Source: an uncultured Planctomycetaceae bacterium
GTDB lineage: Bacteria; Planctomycetota; Phycisphaerae; Sedimentisphaerales; UBA12454
Direction: 5' to 3'
Length of the DNA stretch: 32,084 nt
Assembly (NCBI GenBank): GCA_964440045.1
Contig: CAYTQR010000004.1
Span: 1 to 32,084 of the forward strand
The notes beneath the pieces are model-generated. The model had not been told where the DNA came from, did no database searches, and worked only from the letters and a program-made list of their open reading frames with translations. The position numbers were made by a program, and so were the translations under genes. Each line of letters begins with the position of its first letter. Position 1 is the first letter of the stretch. Shown one piece after another: positions 18,076 to 27,978 of this stretch.

Positions 18076-19016
18076 ATTTTTTCCCAGTTGTAAACTATTT
18101 TAGAGTCCTTTTTCGTCGCAAATCTGCCGCGGTAATAATCTCTGTTCAGCAACTCTTCTTTAGATAGAGGTCTATTCGGAATTCCAATCATTATCTGAAA
18201 CTCAGGTATATTTTCTAAAACATACTGTTTCTGCTGTTCTTTATCAAGTGCGGCAAAAGAGACCAACTCCTTCAGCTGTACCGGATTAATAGAGACAGGT
18301 CCATCTTTTGTTTTGTCAGAGGCAAGTACTGTAAAATGCCTCTCGATTACATCCGCTCCATAATAAATCGCCGCAAATGAAGCTTTAAGCCCGTCTCTGG
18401 CGACAAGGCTGTGGTCGCTAAACCCGACGGAGTTTGTAAATTTGGAAAGCCAGTTCATTCTGGCAAGATGAACCTGATTCAAAGGTGTTGGATAAATGGT
18501 GACACAGTGCAGAAAGGTATATGAAAATTTATCCAGGATTTCAGCTGTCTGTATTATTTCTTCATCGTAACTTGCACCCGTAGAAAGATAAAGATGCTTA
18601 AAATGCATCTTGAGTCTTTCTATCATTTCAATACTTCCACAATCATAACTGGCAAGTTTTATCTCATTCCAATCCAAGCTTGCCAGAAAAGGTATTCTGC
18701 CATTTGAAAAAACGGTTGTTAGAGGCTTAATTTTTGTCTTTCTGCATTCTTCGATAAACCAATAATGCGATTGGTCATCAAGGTCGAGCTGCTTTAATCT
18801 TTCGTATTCAGTCTTATACGGGCGATTCATTATTTTCGTAACACTATTTTCCACAAGGCCTTTTTCGAAGCGTTCTCTAAAAGTTAAATTATCCGAAAGC
18901 ATGGATTGAATCTTAACGTAATCCGCTCCAGCTTCAGCTGCGGCCCAAATCATATCCTTAAGAATATTAAGGTCGCCATTATGGTTTTGACAACATTCAG
19001 CAATTATCTTCGGCAT
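18072..19016 (-). CDS. neuB: N-acetylneuraminate synthase family (NeuB-like), short form without the C-terminal SAF domain
   Basis: IIAECCQNHNGD, ADYVKIQ, KLAS, LHCVTIYPTP, GFSDHS, IERHFT. Start placed at ATG 19016. Confidence 0.88.
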   Translation of the reverse strand: MPKIIAECCQNHNGDLNILKDMIWAAAEAGADYVKIQSMLSDNLTFRERFEKGLVENSVTKIMNRPYKTEYERLKQLDLDDQSHYWFIEECRKTKIKPLTTVFSNGRIPFLASLDWNEIKLASYDCGSIEMIERLKMHFKHLYLSTGASYDEEIIQTAEILDKFSYTFLHCVTIYPTPLNQVHLARMNWLSKFTNSVGFSDHSLVARDGLKASFAAIYYGADVIERHFTVLASDKTKDGPVSINPVQLKELVSFAALDKEQQKQYVLENIPEFQIMIGIPNRPLSKEELLNRDYYRGRFATKKDSKIVYNWEKI

Positions 19017-19030
19017 AGTAAAAGCCTGAA

Positions 19031-20080
19031 TTATTCGGCACAATTTTCCATGTACATCTGACGCATTTTATCAACTTCATTAATCATGCTTCTATGACAA
19101 ATCATAAGAACATTTTTGGTGTCAATGACAGCATGATTTTCAACTCCGATTAAAACTATCGGTTTGCCGCAAAAATGCACGATATTATTGGATGAGTTAA
19201 GAACCATCAATTTTCCATTCGCACTATTATCATATTTATCTTTAGGCCACAAAGAGGCTATATCCTTTATATTTCCCATGTCCATTCTTTCTATTCCGGA
19301 TTCTGCCACTATAAAACTTTCAATTCTTTCAGTAACACCCTTGTCGAAGGATACACTATCAAAGTTGGAATAGATCTCCTGAAAAGATGCGGAATTGCTG
19401 TAAAATTCGTTCACTTTCCCGAACATCTCAGGCATTGTTTTTTTAAATTCATCTTCAAATACACTAATTTTCCCAATATAAATGCCGCAATTCCACAATG
19501 ACATATTTGCTGCTATAAGTTCCCTGGCTTTCTGTAACAACGGTTTTTCAAGAAATCCTTCTCCCGCAAAAAACTTCAAATCATTATCAACTGAAACACA
19601 CTTTCCTTTTTGTATATATCCATAGCTCGTAACGGGAGCTTTAGGCAACAATCCTGCCAAAATAAGGTTGTCGCTTACAGCAGCCTGCCTACAGCACTTT
19701 TTTACAAAATCTGAAAAATACCTTTCATCTAATATTAGATGATCAGCAGGAAATATACCTATTATCGCATCTTCATTCATGCACCTGATATTACAAACTG
19801 CCAATGCAACTGATGCCGCAGTATTCCGGCAACAAGGCTCGATAATATAATTTTCCTCCGGGAAATGGGGAAGCTCTTTCCTGATTTCAATCGCTAAGTC
19901 CCTGGTTGTTGAAATAAATATTTTGTTCCTATCCGTAAACAATGAAAGTCTGTTTATTGTTAATTCAAGCAGCGTTTTTTCACCAAAAGGCTTCAACAGG
20001 GGTTTTGGCAAATTTTCCGTTATGGGCCACAACCTTGTTCCATGACCACCAGCAATAATAACACTATACAACACAGACAA
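19031..20080 (-). CDS. manC: Mannose-1-phosphate guanylyltransferase family (no cupin/PMI domain)
   Basis: IIAGGHGTRLWP....PKP, EPCCRNTA, PADH, YGYI, FLEKP, WNCG, SFDKGV. Confidence 0.8.
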   Translation of the reverse strand: MSVLYSVIIAGGHGTRLWPITENLPKPLLKPFGEKTLLELTINRLSLFTDRNKIFISTTRDLAIEIRKELPHFPEENYIIEPCCRNTAASVALAVCNIRCMNEDAIIGIFPADHLILDERYFSDFVKKCCRQAAVSDNLILAGLLPKAPVTSYGYIQKGKCVSVDNDLKFFAGEGFLEKPLLQKARELIAANMSLWNCGIYIGKISVFEDEFKKTMPEMFGKVNEFYSNSASFQEIYSNFDSVSFDKGVTERIESFIVAESGIERMDMGNIKDIASLWPKDKYDNSANGKLMVLNSSNNIVHFCGKPIVLIGVENHAVIDTKNVLMICHRSMINEVDKMRQMYMENCAE

Positions 20081-20729
20081 CTTTCTTTAACTCCTCAAGC
20101 TTTTTAATAACAAAATCCGGAAATTCATTGGCAAAAAACTTCCTGGGCTTATCCTTACAAACTGCGGCCGTTTGTACACCAAGCTTGCCTACCAGTTTTA
20201 CATCTTCTTTATCATCTCCGACAAATATTATCTGCGAACTTTGCAATTTATATTTCTCTCTAATGTATGAAATGTGGTCTCTGCCTTTTTTAAAGCCGGG
20301 CCGAGACCCTAATATTTCCAAAAAATATTCTTTTATACCAAGCATCTCAGCAAGTGTTTCTATTTCCTGTTTAAAACCCGAGCTTGATACAAACAATAAA
20401 ATATCCCGATCTTTGAGCCATTGCAAAAAAACCTTATTCCTGTCATCAAAAACATCGGCGTTCCTGAAAACCGATATATTCTTTTCAGTAAAAGCAAGAT
20501 TTAGTCTATTGAACTCAATATTTGACAGACTTCTGCCGATATTTTCCTTTGCGATAATATCAAACAGCTCTCTTCTTGAAATACCGGAATATCTTTTATA
20601 GCTTTGGATAATTTTCTGAGGGTCGGTATCGTAATGCTCCGCAAAAAGTTTTGCGGCATTAGACAACTTCAGATGCATTGTATCTACTATCGTTCCGTCC
20701 CAATCGAAAATCACAGCTTTAAATTTCAC
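20064..20729 (-). CDS. HAD-superfamily phosphatase
   Basis: Motif I FDWDGTIVDT, motif II VSS, motif IV VGDDKED. Confidence 0.88.
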   Translation of the reverse strand: MKFKAVIFDWDGTIVDTMHLKLSNAAKLFAEHYDTDPQKIIQSYKRYSGISRRELFDIIAKENIGRSLSNIEFNRLNLAFTEKNISVFRNADVFDDRNKVFLQWLKDRDILLFVSSSGFKQEIETLAEMLGIKEYFLEILGSRPGFKKGRDHISYIREKYKLQSSQIIFVGDDKEDVKLVGKLGVQTAAVCKDKPRKFFANEFPDFVIKKLEELKKVVCVV

Positions 20730-22440
20730 CGCTTAATCCCCCGTAAATAATCCCTTCTACCCGTTCAATTTCCTCCTTTGGGAAAAGATTCCAGCAGTCA
20801 AATAATATCGCCGGCTTATTCATCGATCCTAAAAGTCCCAGGATATCCATATCCTCATAGGAGCAATGGTTATTCATTATCAAAACACAATCTGCGTTCT
20901 TAAACCCTTCTGCCAGACTGCAGCCTATCACACCCTCTTTTTCAACCTCCTTACGACTGACAATCGGGTCATAACCATACAATCGCCAATTTTTTCTTCT
21001 CTTCAATAATTTTATAAGATCAATAGTCGTCGAACCTCTCACATCAGAGGTTTCAGGCTCACCTTTGAATGAAAACCCTATAACGAATATTTTAACCCTT
21101 TTTCTGGGTTTATGAGTAATGGTAAATTTATTTACCTTATTAAAAACAAAAGTAGGCATATATTCATTGACCTTCCTTGACAAAAGAGAAAGACTGGCTT
21201 TGCAGTTCACCGTCTTAGCCGAATATATATATATATAAGGGTCCTTTTTAAGGCAGACGCCGCCAACCCCGGGACTCGGCCGGGATATAATATTTCTCGG
21301 ATAACCTTCATTCGCAGCCTGAATTACACGATGTGCATTAAGTCCCCATTCGCTGCAAATCAAAGCTAATTCATTCGCAAAACCGAAAGTCACGTCTCTG
21401 AACGCATTATTCGCAAGTTTAATCATCTCAGCCGCCTCAAGCGAATCAACTCGAACCACTGTACTGGTAACACCGGAAAAAAAGTTTGATACAACATCAC
21501 AACTTGTTTTGTTAAAACCTCCGATCACCTGTGGCAAAAATCTCAATTCCTCCAGAGCTTTACCTTCTACTGTTCGTTCGGGTGCGAATGCGATATAAAA
21601 ATCCTCGCCGGCTTTTAATCCTGATTCCTTCTCAATAATCGGAATAATTACTTTTCTTGTGGTTCCAACCGGTACAGTAGACCTCAATATAACGACATTT
21701 CGCTTTCTTAATATTCTGCCGATTTGTTGTGCTGATTTCTTAATAAAGTCCAGGTTTGGCTTCAAGTTCTTGTGTAAAGGTGTGCCGACGCTAAGTATAT
21801 AGATATCCGCAAAAGCTTTGTCCAGCTTATCCACAGCTTTTAGATTGCCTTCATTGACGTGAAATTTCAACAGTGATGCTAATCCTTTTTCATGAAAAGA
21901 AGCCTTTCCTCTATTTACCATATTTACAATTTTCTTACTGATATCAAAGCCAATAACTTTAAATCCCACATCAACAAGAACGGCAGCCAATGTCAACCCC
22001 ACAAAACCAAGACCAACAACACAAACTTTTTTACTTTTTTGGTCGGCACTTTTCCACAGTTCGAAGAAGTCGATAACATCATCTACCCTGCCTTTCGCAT
22101 CAACAACAATAACATGATTAACTTTAATATCCCTTATCCTGCCGCTTGAAAGAACTTTGCGAGTTACCTCACTTAGCATTTCCGATTCAGACATACCCCT
22201 ATGTACAATTACAGGATTCTTTATCATTATTTTTTCAACCGACATATCGATGCTCATACCGGACACAATGGCTCTTCTTATGTCACCGTCCGTAACAACC
22301 CCCAATAATTTCCTATCTTTGCCGACGATTAACGCTATGCCGGTGGGAGCTCCCTTCAGAGCTGCCGAGTTAATAACACGCATGGTATCTTTTATACTCA
22401 GTTTACCCGAAATACATATTGGTGCTATAGTTACACTCAT
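20719..22440 (-). CDS. Nucleotide-sugar dehydrogenase (UDP-glucose/GDP-mannose/UDP-ManNAc dehydrogenase family) with an N-terminal CBS pair
   Basis: CBS: LLGVVTDGDIRRAI. Dehydrogenase: GLGFVG, RSTVPVGTT, PER, EMIKLANN, catalytic GGVCLKKD, SFKG..SDVRGS. Confidence 0.9.
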   Translation of the reverse strand: MSVTIAPICISGKLSIKDTMRVINSAALKGAPTGIALIVGKDRKLLGVVTDGDIRRAIVSGMSIDMSVEKIMIKNPVIVHRGMSESEMLSEVTRKVLSSGRIRDIKVNHVIVVDAKGRVDDVIDFFELWKSADQKSKKVCVVGLGFVGLTLAAVLVDVGFKVIGFDISKKIVNMVNRGKASFHEKGLASLLKFHVNEGNLKAVDKLDKAFADIYILSVGTPLHKNLKPNLDFIKKSAQQIGRILRKRNVVILRSTVPVGTTRKVIIPIIEKESGLKAGEDFYIAFAPERTVEGKALEELRFLPQVIGGFNKTSCDVVSNFFSGVTSTVVRVDSLEAAEMIKLANNAFRDVTFGFANELALICSEWGLNAHRVIQAANEGYPRNIISRPSPGVGGVCLKKDPYIYIYSAKTVNCKASLSLLSRKVNEYMPTFVFNKVNKFTITHKPRKRVKIFVIGFSFKGEPETSDVRGSTTIDLIKLLKRRKNWRLYGYDPIVSRKEVEKEGVIGCSLAEGFKNADCVLIMNNHCSYEDMDILGLLGSMNKPAILFDCWNLFPKEEIERVEGIIYGGLSGEI

Positions 22441-22774
22441 TTGCTAACCTCAAATAAAAATATTGTTCTGTTTACCACTATTATTTTAAAAATCCATCCG
22501 CCAAACAACTCGACGGACAACGAAATCCTGTAAAAACAAATATAATTGTTAAATTAAAAATTACAAAAATGATATTTTGTTTTAAGCCAACCCGAAAGGA
22601 AATAAATGTACCCGGTTTTATCTAAAAAACAAGCATAGAATATTTACATGAATTATTTAAAAAAGTCAGTCTTTTTACTGATTTGTGCGAAATTATCCAG
22701 GAATTCCAAAAAGATTTTGACTCCATTTTTAAGCAAATACAAGATGAAACATTTGAAGGATTAAATATACATTA

Positions 22775-23473
22775 TTACTCGTTTCTGATAATTCCTTCGC
22801 TGTAATTATTTTCACTGCCCTGATACTGATAACAAAGCAATTCCCCGGGAAATAATAACCTGATATCTTCAAGAGAAATCATTCCTACGGGGTCGTGGTT
22901 GGAAACCTGCTGATTGTGATTAACGGCTATTATCAACAAACCACCCTTTTTAAGAACCTTGCGCCACTGACCAGCAGTCTTATATGGGTCCTGCGATTGG
23001 TCAAAAGAATTAGAATATATCACATCAATACTACCCTCCCACTGGGGAGGCAATTCATCAAAAGAACCGATATAAACATCTTTTCTCTCTGCCATTGGGT
23101 TTATTTCCACTCCGAAAACTCCGCCCTCTTCGAATCTGGCCAAGTCAGACCTACCGATGGACAAAAATAACTTGTCTAATACTGAATGAAATCCAGATTT
23201 GTGCCATTCTACAGATTTAAGAATTTTCATAAGAATAAAGTGTTTAAAAGCCAATCTAAACAGGTCGATTTCACGTCCGTTCCTTGTTCCCATACACACA
23301 AGTTTGAATGAATTTTTGTTTGAATTATTTATCGGTAAATACTTTTGTATCACTGAAGCATATTTAATCGCATCCGCTACAGACACTTTACAAAATCTAA
23401 ATTTAGTCTGTGACCTTTTGATCTGGATTTGAAAATATTGCTGTCGTGACTGTTTTGCCTCATAAATTTTCAT
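22775..23473 (-). CDS. Putative class I SAM-dependent methyltransferase
   Basis: CMGTRNGRE, GVEINP, DVIYSNSFD, LKKGGLL. GGAGG RBS precedes ATG 23473. Confidence 0.7.
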   Translation of the reverse strand: MKIYEAKQSRQQYFQIQIKRSQTKFRFCKVSVADAIKYASVIQKYLPINNSNKNSFKLVCMGTRNGREIDLFRLAFKHFILMKILKSVEWHKSGFHSVLDKLFLSIGRSDLARFEEGGVFGVEINPMAERKDVYIGSFDELPPQWEGSIDVIYSNSFDQSQDPYKTAGQWRKVLKKGGLLIIAVNHNQQVSNHDPVGMISLEDIRLLFPGELLCYQYQGSENNYSEGIIRNE

Positions 23474-23542
23474 AGATCCTCCTTGGCACAACCAAATTAA
23501 TTTTTACCTGTCAGCCATATAACATACGCTATAAAGATTTAC

Positions 23543-24214
23543 CTACCGGGGCTCTTTAAAGAAACTATTTTCCAAAAAGTACGATTCATCTTTGGTCTTT
23601 ATTGCCAGTTTCGGCGAGGTGCCGAAGACAAGTGAATTCGACGGTATGTCCTGGTCTTTTACAAAAGTCTTGGCGGAAATAATACAGTTATCCCCTACTT
23701 TGCAGTTTCCAATTACCATAGCACCTGCCAGAAGGGTTACGTTTCTGCCGAAACTTGGATACAGGCCGTGATTATTTCCAACAGTGCAATTCTGTGAAAA
23801 ATAAAAAAAGTCGGAATACTTAGCTCTGCCCAGAACCGTTCCTATCGGATGGTCAAGGCCGAAGATTTCCGGCAGTTCAATCTCATGATATAAATCGACG
23901 CCGTTCAGCGCCTTGTTAAGACAATAAACCTTATCTGCAAGTACCAACCTGCTCTGCAGGAATAACATTCTTGAAAGTAAATACAAAAAAATCGTGTATT
24001 GACCCGAATGAAACGGATGAAAATAGACTTCGTTTTTCTTGTGATAATATTTGTTTTTATTAAAAGAAAAACAATGCTTCGTTTTCACCAGGACTTCTTC
24101 AAGTAAATCAGATATAATCCAGCCCTCGGATTTTCTGTCAAGCCCGAACAGGCTCTCAAGTTGGCCGATGAGCAAATCAAGTAATTTTTCTTTTGATATT
24201 GAAATTATCACCAC
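23543..24214 (-). CDS. Serine acetyltransferase-like hexapeptide-repeat acyltransferase
   Basis: DHPIGTVLG, QNCTVG, hexapeptide repeats GRNVTLLAGAMVIGNCKVGDNCIISA, VFGTSP. Confidence 0.82.
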   Translation of the reverse strand: MVIISISKEKLLDLLIGQLESLFGLDRKSEGWIISDLLEEVLVKTKHCFSFNKNKYYHKKNEVYFHPFHSGQYTIFLYLLSRMLFLQSRLVLADKVYCLNKALNGVDLYHEIELPEIFGLDHPIGTVLGRAKYSDFFYFSQNCTVGNNHGLYPSFGRNVTLLAGAMVIGNCKVGDNCIISAKTFVKDQDIPSNSLVFGTSPKLAIKTKDESYFLENSFFKEPR

Positions 24215-24228
24215 TTCAAGTCCTTGTG

Positions 24229-25491
24229 TTATTCATTCAATCGTCGTTCAATATCTTCATATACTCTGTTGCAGCCGTTCAAATCATCAAATCCCAGAAA
24301 TTTTTCCATAAATTCTGATTTTTCTGCTGGTTTTATAGTATAATCCTCAAAACTTTTTTCAGCAAAGCTCTCGGCAAAATCATCTACTGATTCATTATAA
24401 CTAACCGAGCCGAAATTATAATAACTCGGCTCGATTGGCGAAAACTCTTCGAGGAAAAATCGCTTTGCATAGCATTCCCAGTCATTTGGATTCGTCGGCC
24501 CCAGACAAATTGAAGGAGTATTCGTCGCAACACATTCCTTTACTGCGTCACTGTAAAAATGAATACACAAATCAGCAACAAACAAAAGCTCCATAATGGT
24601 ATAAGGATAGAAACTACCATCAAAAATAACCTTGTCGGCAACCTTCGCAAGGTAGGCCGGCACTTTGTTTTTCAAACGTCCCTTTACAATAAAAAACGCA
24701 TCATTTTTATCAGCAAATCGTCGTATTGCCGCCGTAATCTTCCTGTCGTCAGCCATTGTAAAAACTTCCGCCATTTTTGACCATTCCCGCATAACTGCAA
24801 GTCTTAAAAGTTTTAAAAGTTTGTTTTGCGGCTTATAAATTATATGGCTCCATACACAGAACGGCACCCGCCAGGGAAAAGGCAGCAAGACCAGAATTTT
24901 TTTGTCCCGCGGCAGACCATACTTCTCACATATTTCCTTACGGTTAAATCCTTTCATCTGGTCAATCTGAGGAAAACCGGTTATAATGGTTCTGTTATCA
25001 ATTTTTTCCAACAGCTTCTTAGCCTTTTCTGACTTGCCCTCTTGATGAATCAATGCTTTCTTCCAGCATTGCCGCCACAAATCAGAAAAGATATACACAA
25101 CATCGGAAGAAAAACCCATAACACCACAATAAATCATATCAAAGCCTGTCTGGACGTATGCGATGAGCAGCTCGTCGCTGACATTACCCGTTGCCCTAAT
25201 ATCATCTGCTATTTTATCAAAAGTGAGTGAAAAAATTACTCGAATTCCGTTTTGCCTGATTATCTCGGCAAGTTCGGCATTGCTCCGATAACTAAGGACG
25301 GTCTCTGATGAAAAAATTCCCTTTACTTTATCTTTATATGGATACAAATATGCTTTATAACCATGTTTCCGCGGATTTTGACTATGACCACACAGTAAAA
25401 TTATCTTGGCACCTTTTTCTCGGAAACACTCAATAAGCGGGCCAAAGCTGCCTATATAATTCGTTCTTCGAATACAGAATGCTACATTCAT
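24229..25491 (-). CDS. Putative GT-B-fold (nonulosonate) transferase, hypothetical
   Basis: ITGFPQID, ADLCIHFYSDAVKEC, C-terminal FLGFDDLNGCNRV. Similar in layout to 15128..16561 and follows a cytidylyltransferase. Confidence 0.5.
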   Translation of the reverse strand: MNVAFCIRRTNYIGSFGPLIECFREKGAKIILLCGHSQNPRKHGYKAYLYPYKDKVKGIFSSETVLSYRSNAELAEIIRQNGIRVIFSLTFDKIADDIRATGNVSDELLIAYVQTGFDMIYCGVMGFSSDVVYIFSDLWRQCWKKALIHQEGKSEKAKKLLEKIDNRTIITGFPQIDQMKGFNRKEICEKYGLPRDKKILVLLPFPWRVPFCVWSHIIYKPQNKLLKLLRLAVMREWSKMAEVFTMADDRKITAAIRRFADKNDAFFIVKGRLKNKVPAYLAKVADKVIFDGSFYPYTIMELLFVADLCIHFYSDAVKECVATNTPSICLGPTNPNDWECYAKRFFLEEFSPIEPSYYNFGSVSYNESVDDFAESFAEKSFEDYTIKPAEKSEFMEKFLGFDDLNGCNRVYEDIERRLNE

Positions 25492-25576
25492 GCTGTCACC
25501 TTAGCTGATATTTCCCATATTAGATGTTCGACTACGCAACTAAGCTTTCCAATTCCAATCTAACCGCAAAAAAACT

Positions 25577-26452
25577 TTATTCAAATAAATCCTTCATCTC
25601 CGGAAACAATATTTTAAGCTCTTTTGCAAACTTTATAGGCGATATTTTCCGTTTCTGTTCATCCAGAATCACAAACTTATTACCTGAGGGAACAATTGAA
25701 TATAAGATCGTGTCAAGCAAATTTGCTGCCAGCTGATTGCACCCTTTCGTCCCTACATGCATATTCAATTCCGCTACTTGAGGATTGTCATCCAGCCATA
25801 TATAAACATCATGAAGGTTGAGTAGATTGCCTTTGTAAAGAGCCTCATAAATTCTGGTAATAACCATTAGATCCGGAGGCTCATCAACTGTCAGGCGGTA
25901 TTCCGGCCGACACAAGTCCTGCTCTATCTTAATTTCCAAAGTATTAAAATCATCAATATGTTCTTTTATGTACATAGTTATGGCAGGACCTCGATAATGC
26001 TTATGTACTTCCAAAAGAGCTTTGTAAGAAACGAGTTCAGAGAGCGTTCCACATATTAGCGTCATATTAGACACATAGATATAGTCCCTATATTCTTTCT
26101 TAAACTCTTCCACAAAATGCGATGCACTTCTGAAATCAAATAGCGGGCAGTCCCCTGTTACACGTATTACTGCATCTGCATTTTCACGCTCACAAAGTTT
26201 AATATGTCTGTCAACCACATCCTGCTCTGCCCCCGCATACCATCCACATCCATACTTTTCTGCTTCTCTGATAAGTTCTTTATTACGAGGATCTTCAGAG
26301 GTTGCCAAAAAAACACCATCAAGTCCCTTTACATTCTTCATACGCTCTATATGATGTGCAAATAGTGATTTTCCTGCCACCCTCTGCAATACTTTACCAG
26401 GCAGTCTTGTCGACCCCATTCTCGCAGTGATTACACCAATTATCCTATTCAT
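25577..26452 (-). CDS. SpsF-type cytidylyltransferase (probable CMP-pseudaminate synthetase role)
   Basis: ARMGSTRLPGKVL, GAEQDVVDR, RVTGDCPL, RLTVDEPPD. Confidence 0.85.
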   Translation of the reverse strand: MNRIIGVITARMGSTRLPGKVLQRVAGKSLFAHHIERMKNVKGLDGVFLATSEDPRNKELIREAEKYGCGWYAGAEQDVVDRHIKLCERENADAVIRVTGDCPLFDFRSASHFVEEFKKEYRDYIYVSNMTLICGTLSELVSYKALLEVHKHYRGPAITMYIKEHIDDFNTLEIKIEQDLCRPEYRLTVDEPPDLMVITRIYEALYKGNLLNLHDVYIWLDDNPQVAELNMHVGTKGCNQLAANLLDTILYSIVPSGNKFVILDEQKRKISPIKFAKELKILFPEMKDLFE

Positions 26453-26490
26453 TACTTCACCAAAAATTGCTGTTTAAAAATTAATAAAGT

Positions 26491-27978
26491 TTATTTAAAT
26501 TGTTTCTCTTTCTCTTCCTTCCTTTTGTAAAAATTTGTCAGAAATTTTTTATAAAGTTCTTTATCAAGCGGAAGATTATAAAATAGAATTTTATTTCTGA
26601 TTTTTGCAAAAAACATAAAAATATTATTTTTTATCCTACAAACCTTACTGTTTATCTGGTAATTCCCCAAACGAACCGCCGATTCCATATTCAGATAATA
26701 AGCCGCATTTTCTGAATATTTACCTTCCACCTGCCATGGACGTTTATATTCTACCGATGTATACATCGCGATAATATCTTTATTAGTCCAGCCTTTAAGG
26801 TCATTTGGCTCAGTCAAAACTCCGTCTTCCAACAGCTTCCTTGTTAATTCACATTTAGGATACGGCCTGAAAGTACCCACCCCACAGGTAAAGCCTGGGA
26901 ATTTTCTTAATTTATTGACAAACCGAATTGTCTGTTTGATATCAGATAAAGTTTCTCCAGGCACCTCAAGCATAAATGAAGATCTTGCTATTATGCCAAA
27001 TTTATCGCATTTTTCTACTGCGAATTCCGCCTGGGCAGTTGTTATGTTTTTTTTCATTATTTCCAGAGTATGGGAAGAACCTGATTCAATGCCTAAGGTT
27101 AATTGTACTAAGCCGGAACGCTTCAAGAGTTCTAACATCTCGTCACTAAGCATCCTGTCATTAAAATAGTCACATCTACACTCTCCATCCCACGTAATAT
27201 TCATCCCTTTGTGTAAAATGCCTTCACAAATTGCTCTTACCCTGTTGACATCAACAAAAAAATTGTCATCTATAATCTTTAGGTGTGTAAGCTGGTATTT
27301 ATTGACTATATATTCAATCTCACTTAATACTTTTGACGCACTCTTTTTTCGGTAATGTTGATTGTCTGTTACTACGTTAATGCAAAATGTACATTTGGAA
27401 GGGCATCCCCTACTGCTCTCATAGGGAAGCCATCGCATTGGCTTTTTGACATACTCTGCCAACTTATCTGTAAGATAACTGCTGATAAATTGCTCAATAT
27501 CATCAACCAATGAATAATCCGGCATAGGGAGCATTTCAATATCTAATAGTTGTTTGTGGAATATCTTTCCATCGCTTTCCTTGCTATTTTTTATCATCTC
27601 TGCTGCCTGAAGAATATGCTCTTCTCCCTCACCGGCTATTACATAATCCACATACTCGCACATAGCCGTTTGTTCAGGAAATAATGTACAATGAACTCCA
27701 CCTGCAACAATCGGGACCGTTGAGTTTTCCTTGATAAATTCTACAATGCTATAAGCATCAGCTACTTCAGACGTAAGCAAAGATATTCCTACAAATAGAG
27801 CGCCTTTTATTTCTCTCTCAATCACCTTAAAGGGTGTTTTCTCCAAAGCACAGTTGGTTATTTTCACTTCATAACCGGCTTTTTTTAGTTGCGAACCCAA
27901 ACATATGAGATTCAAGGGCGGATAATTGTTGTAGTGATATATATTTTGAGGTCTTATTAATACAACTTTATTTGACAT
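26491..27978 (-). CDS. Cobalamin (B12)-binding radical SAM protein, class B methyltransferase-like
   Basis: PPLNLICL, GGVH, GEGE, SSRGCPSKCTFC (CxxxCxxC), DDNF, GIESGS. Confidence 0.9.
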   Translation of the reverse strand: MSNKVVLIRPQNIYHYNNYPPLNLICLGSQLKKAGYEVKITNCALEKTPFKVIEREIKGALFVGISLLTSEVADAYSIVEFIKENSTVPIVAGGVHCTLFPEQTAMCEYVDYVIAGEGEEHILQAAEMIKNSKESDGKIFHKQLLDIEMLPMPDYSLVDDIEQFISSYLTDKLAEYVKKPMRWLPYESSRGCPSKCTFCINVVTDNQHYRKKSASKVLSEIEYIVNKYQLTHLKIIDDNFFVDVNRVRAICEGILHKGMNITWDGECRCDYFNDRMLSDEMLELLKRSGLVQLTLGIESGSSHTLEIMKKNITTAQAEFAVEKCDKFGIIARSSFMLEVPGETLSDIKQTIRFVNKLRKFPGFTCGVGTFRPYPKCELTRKLLEDGVLTEPNDLKGWTNKDIIAMYTSVEYKRPWQVEGKYSENAAYYLNMESAVRLGNYQINSKVCRIKNNIFMFFAKIRNKILFYNLPLDKELYKKFLTNFYKRKEEKEKQFK

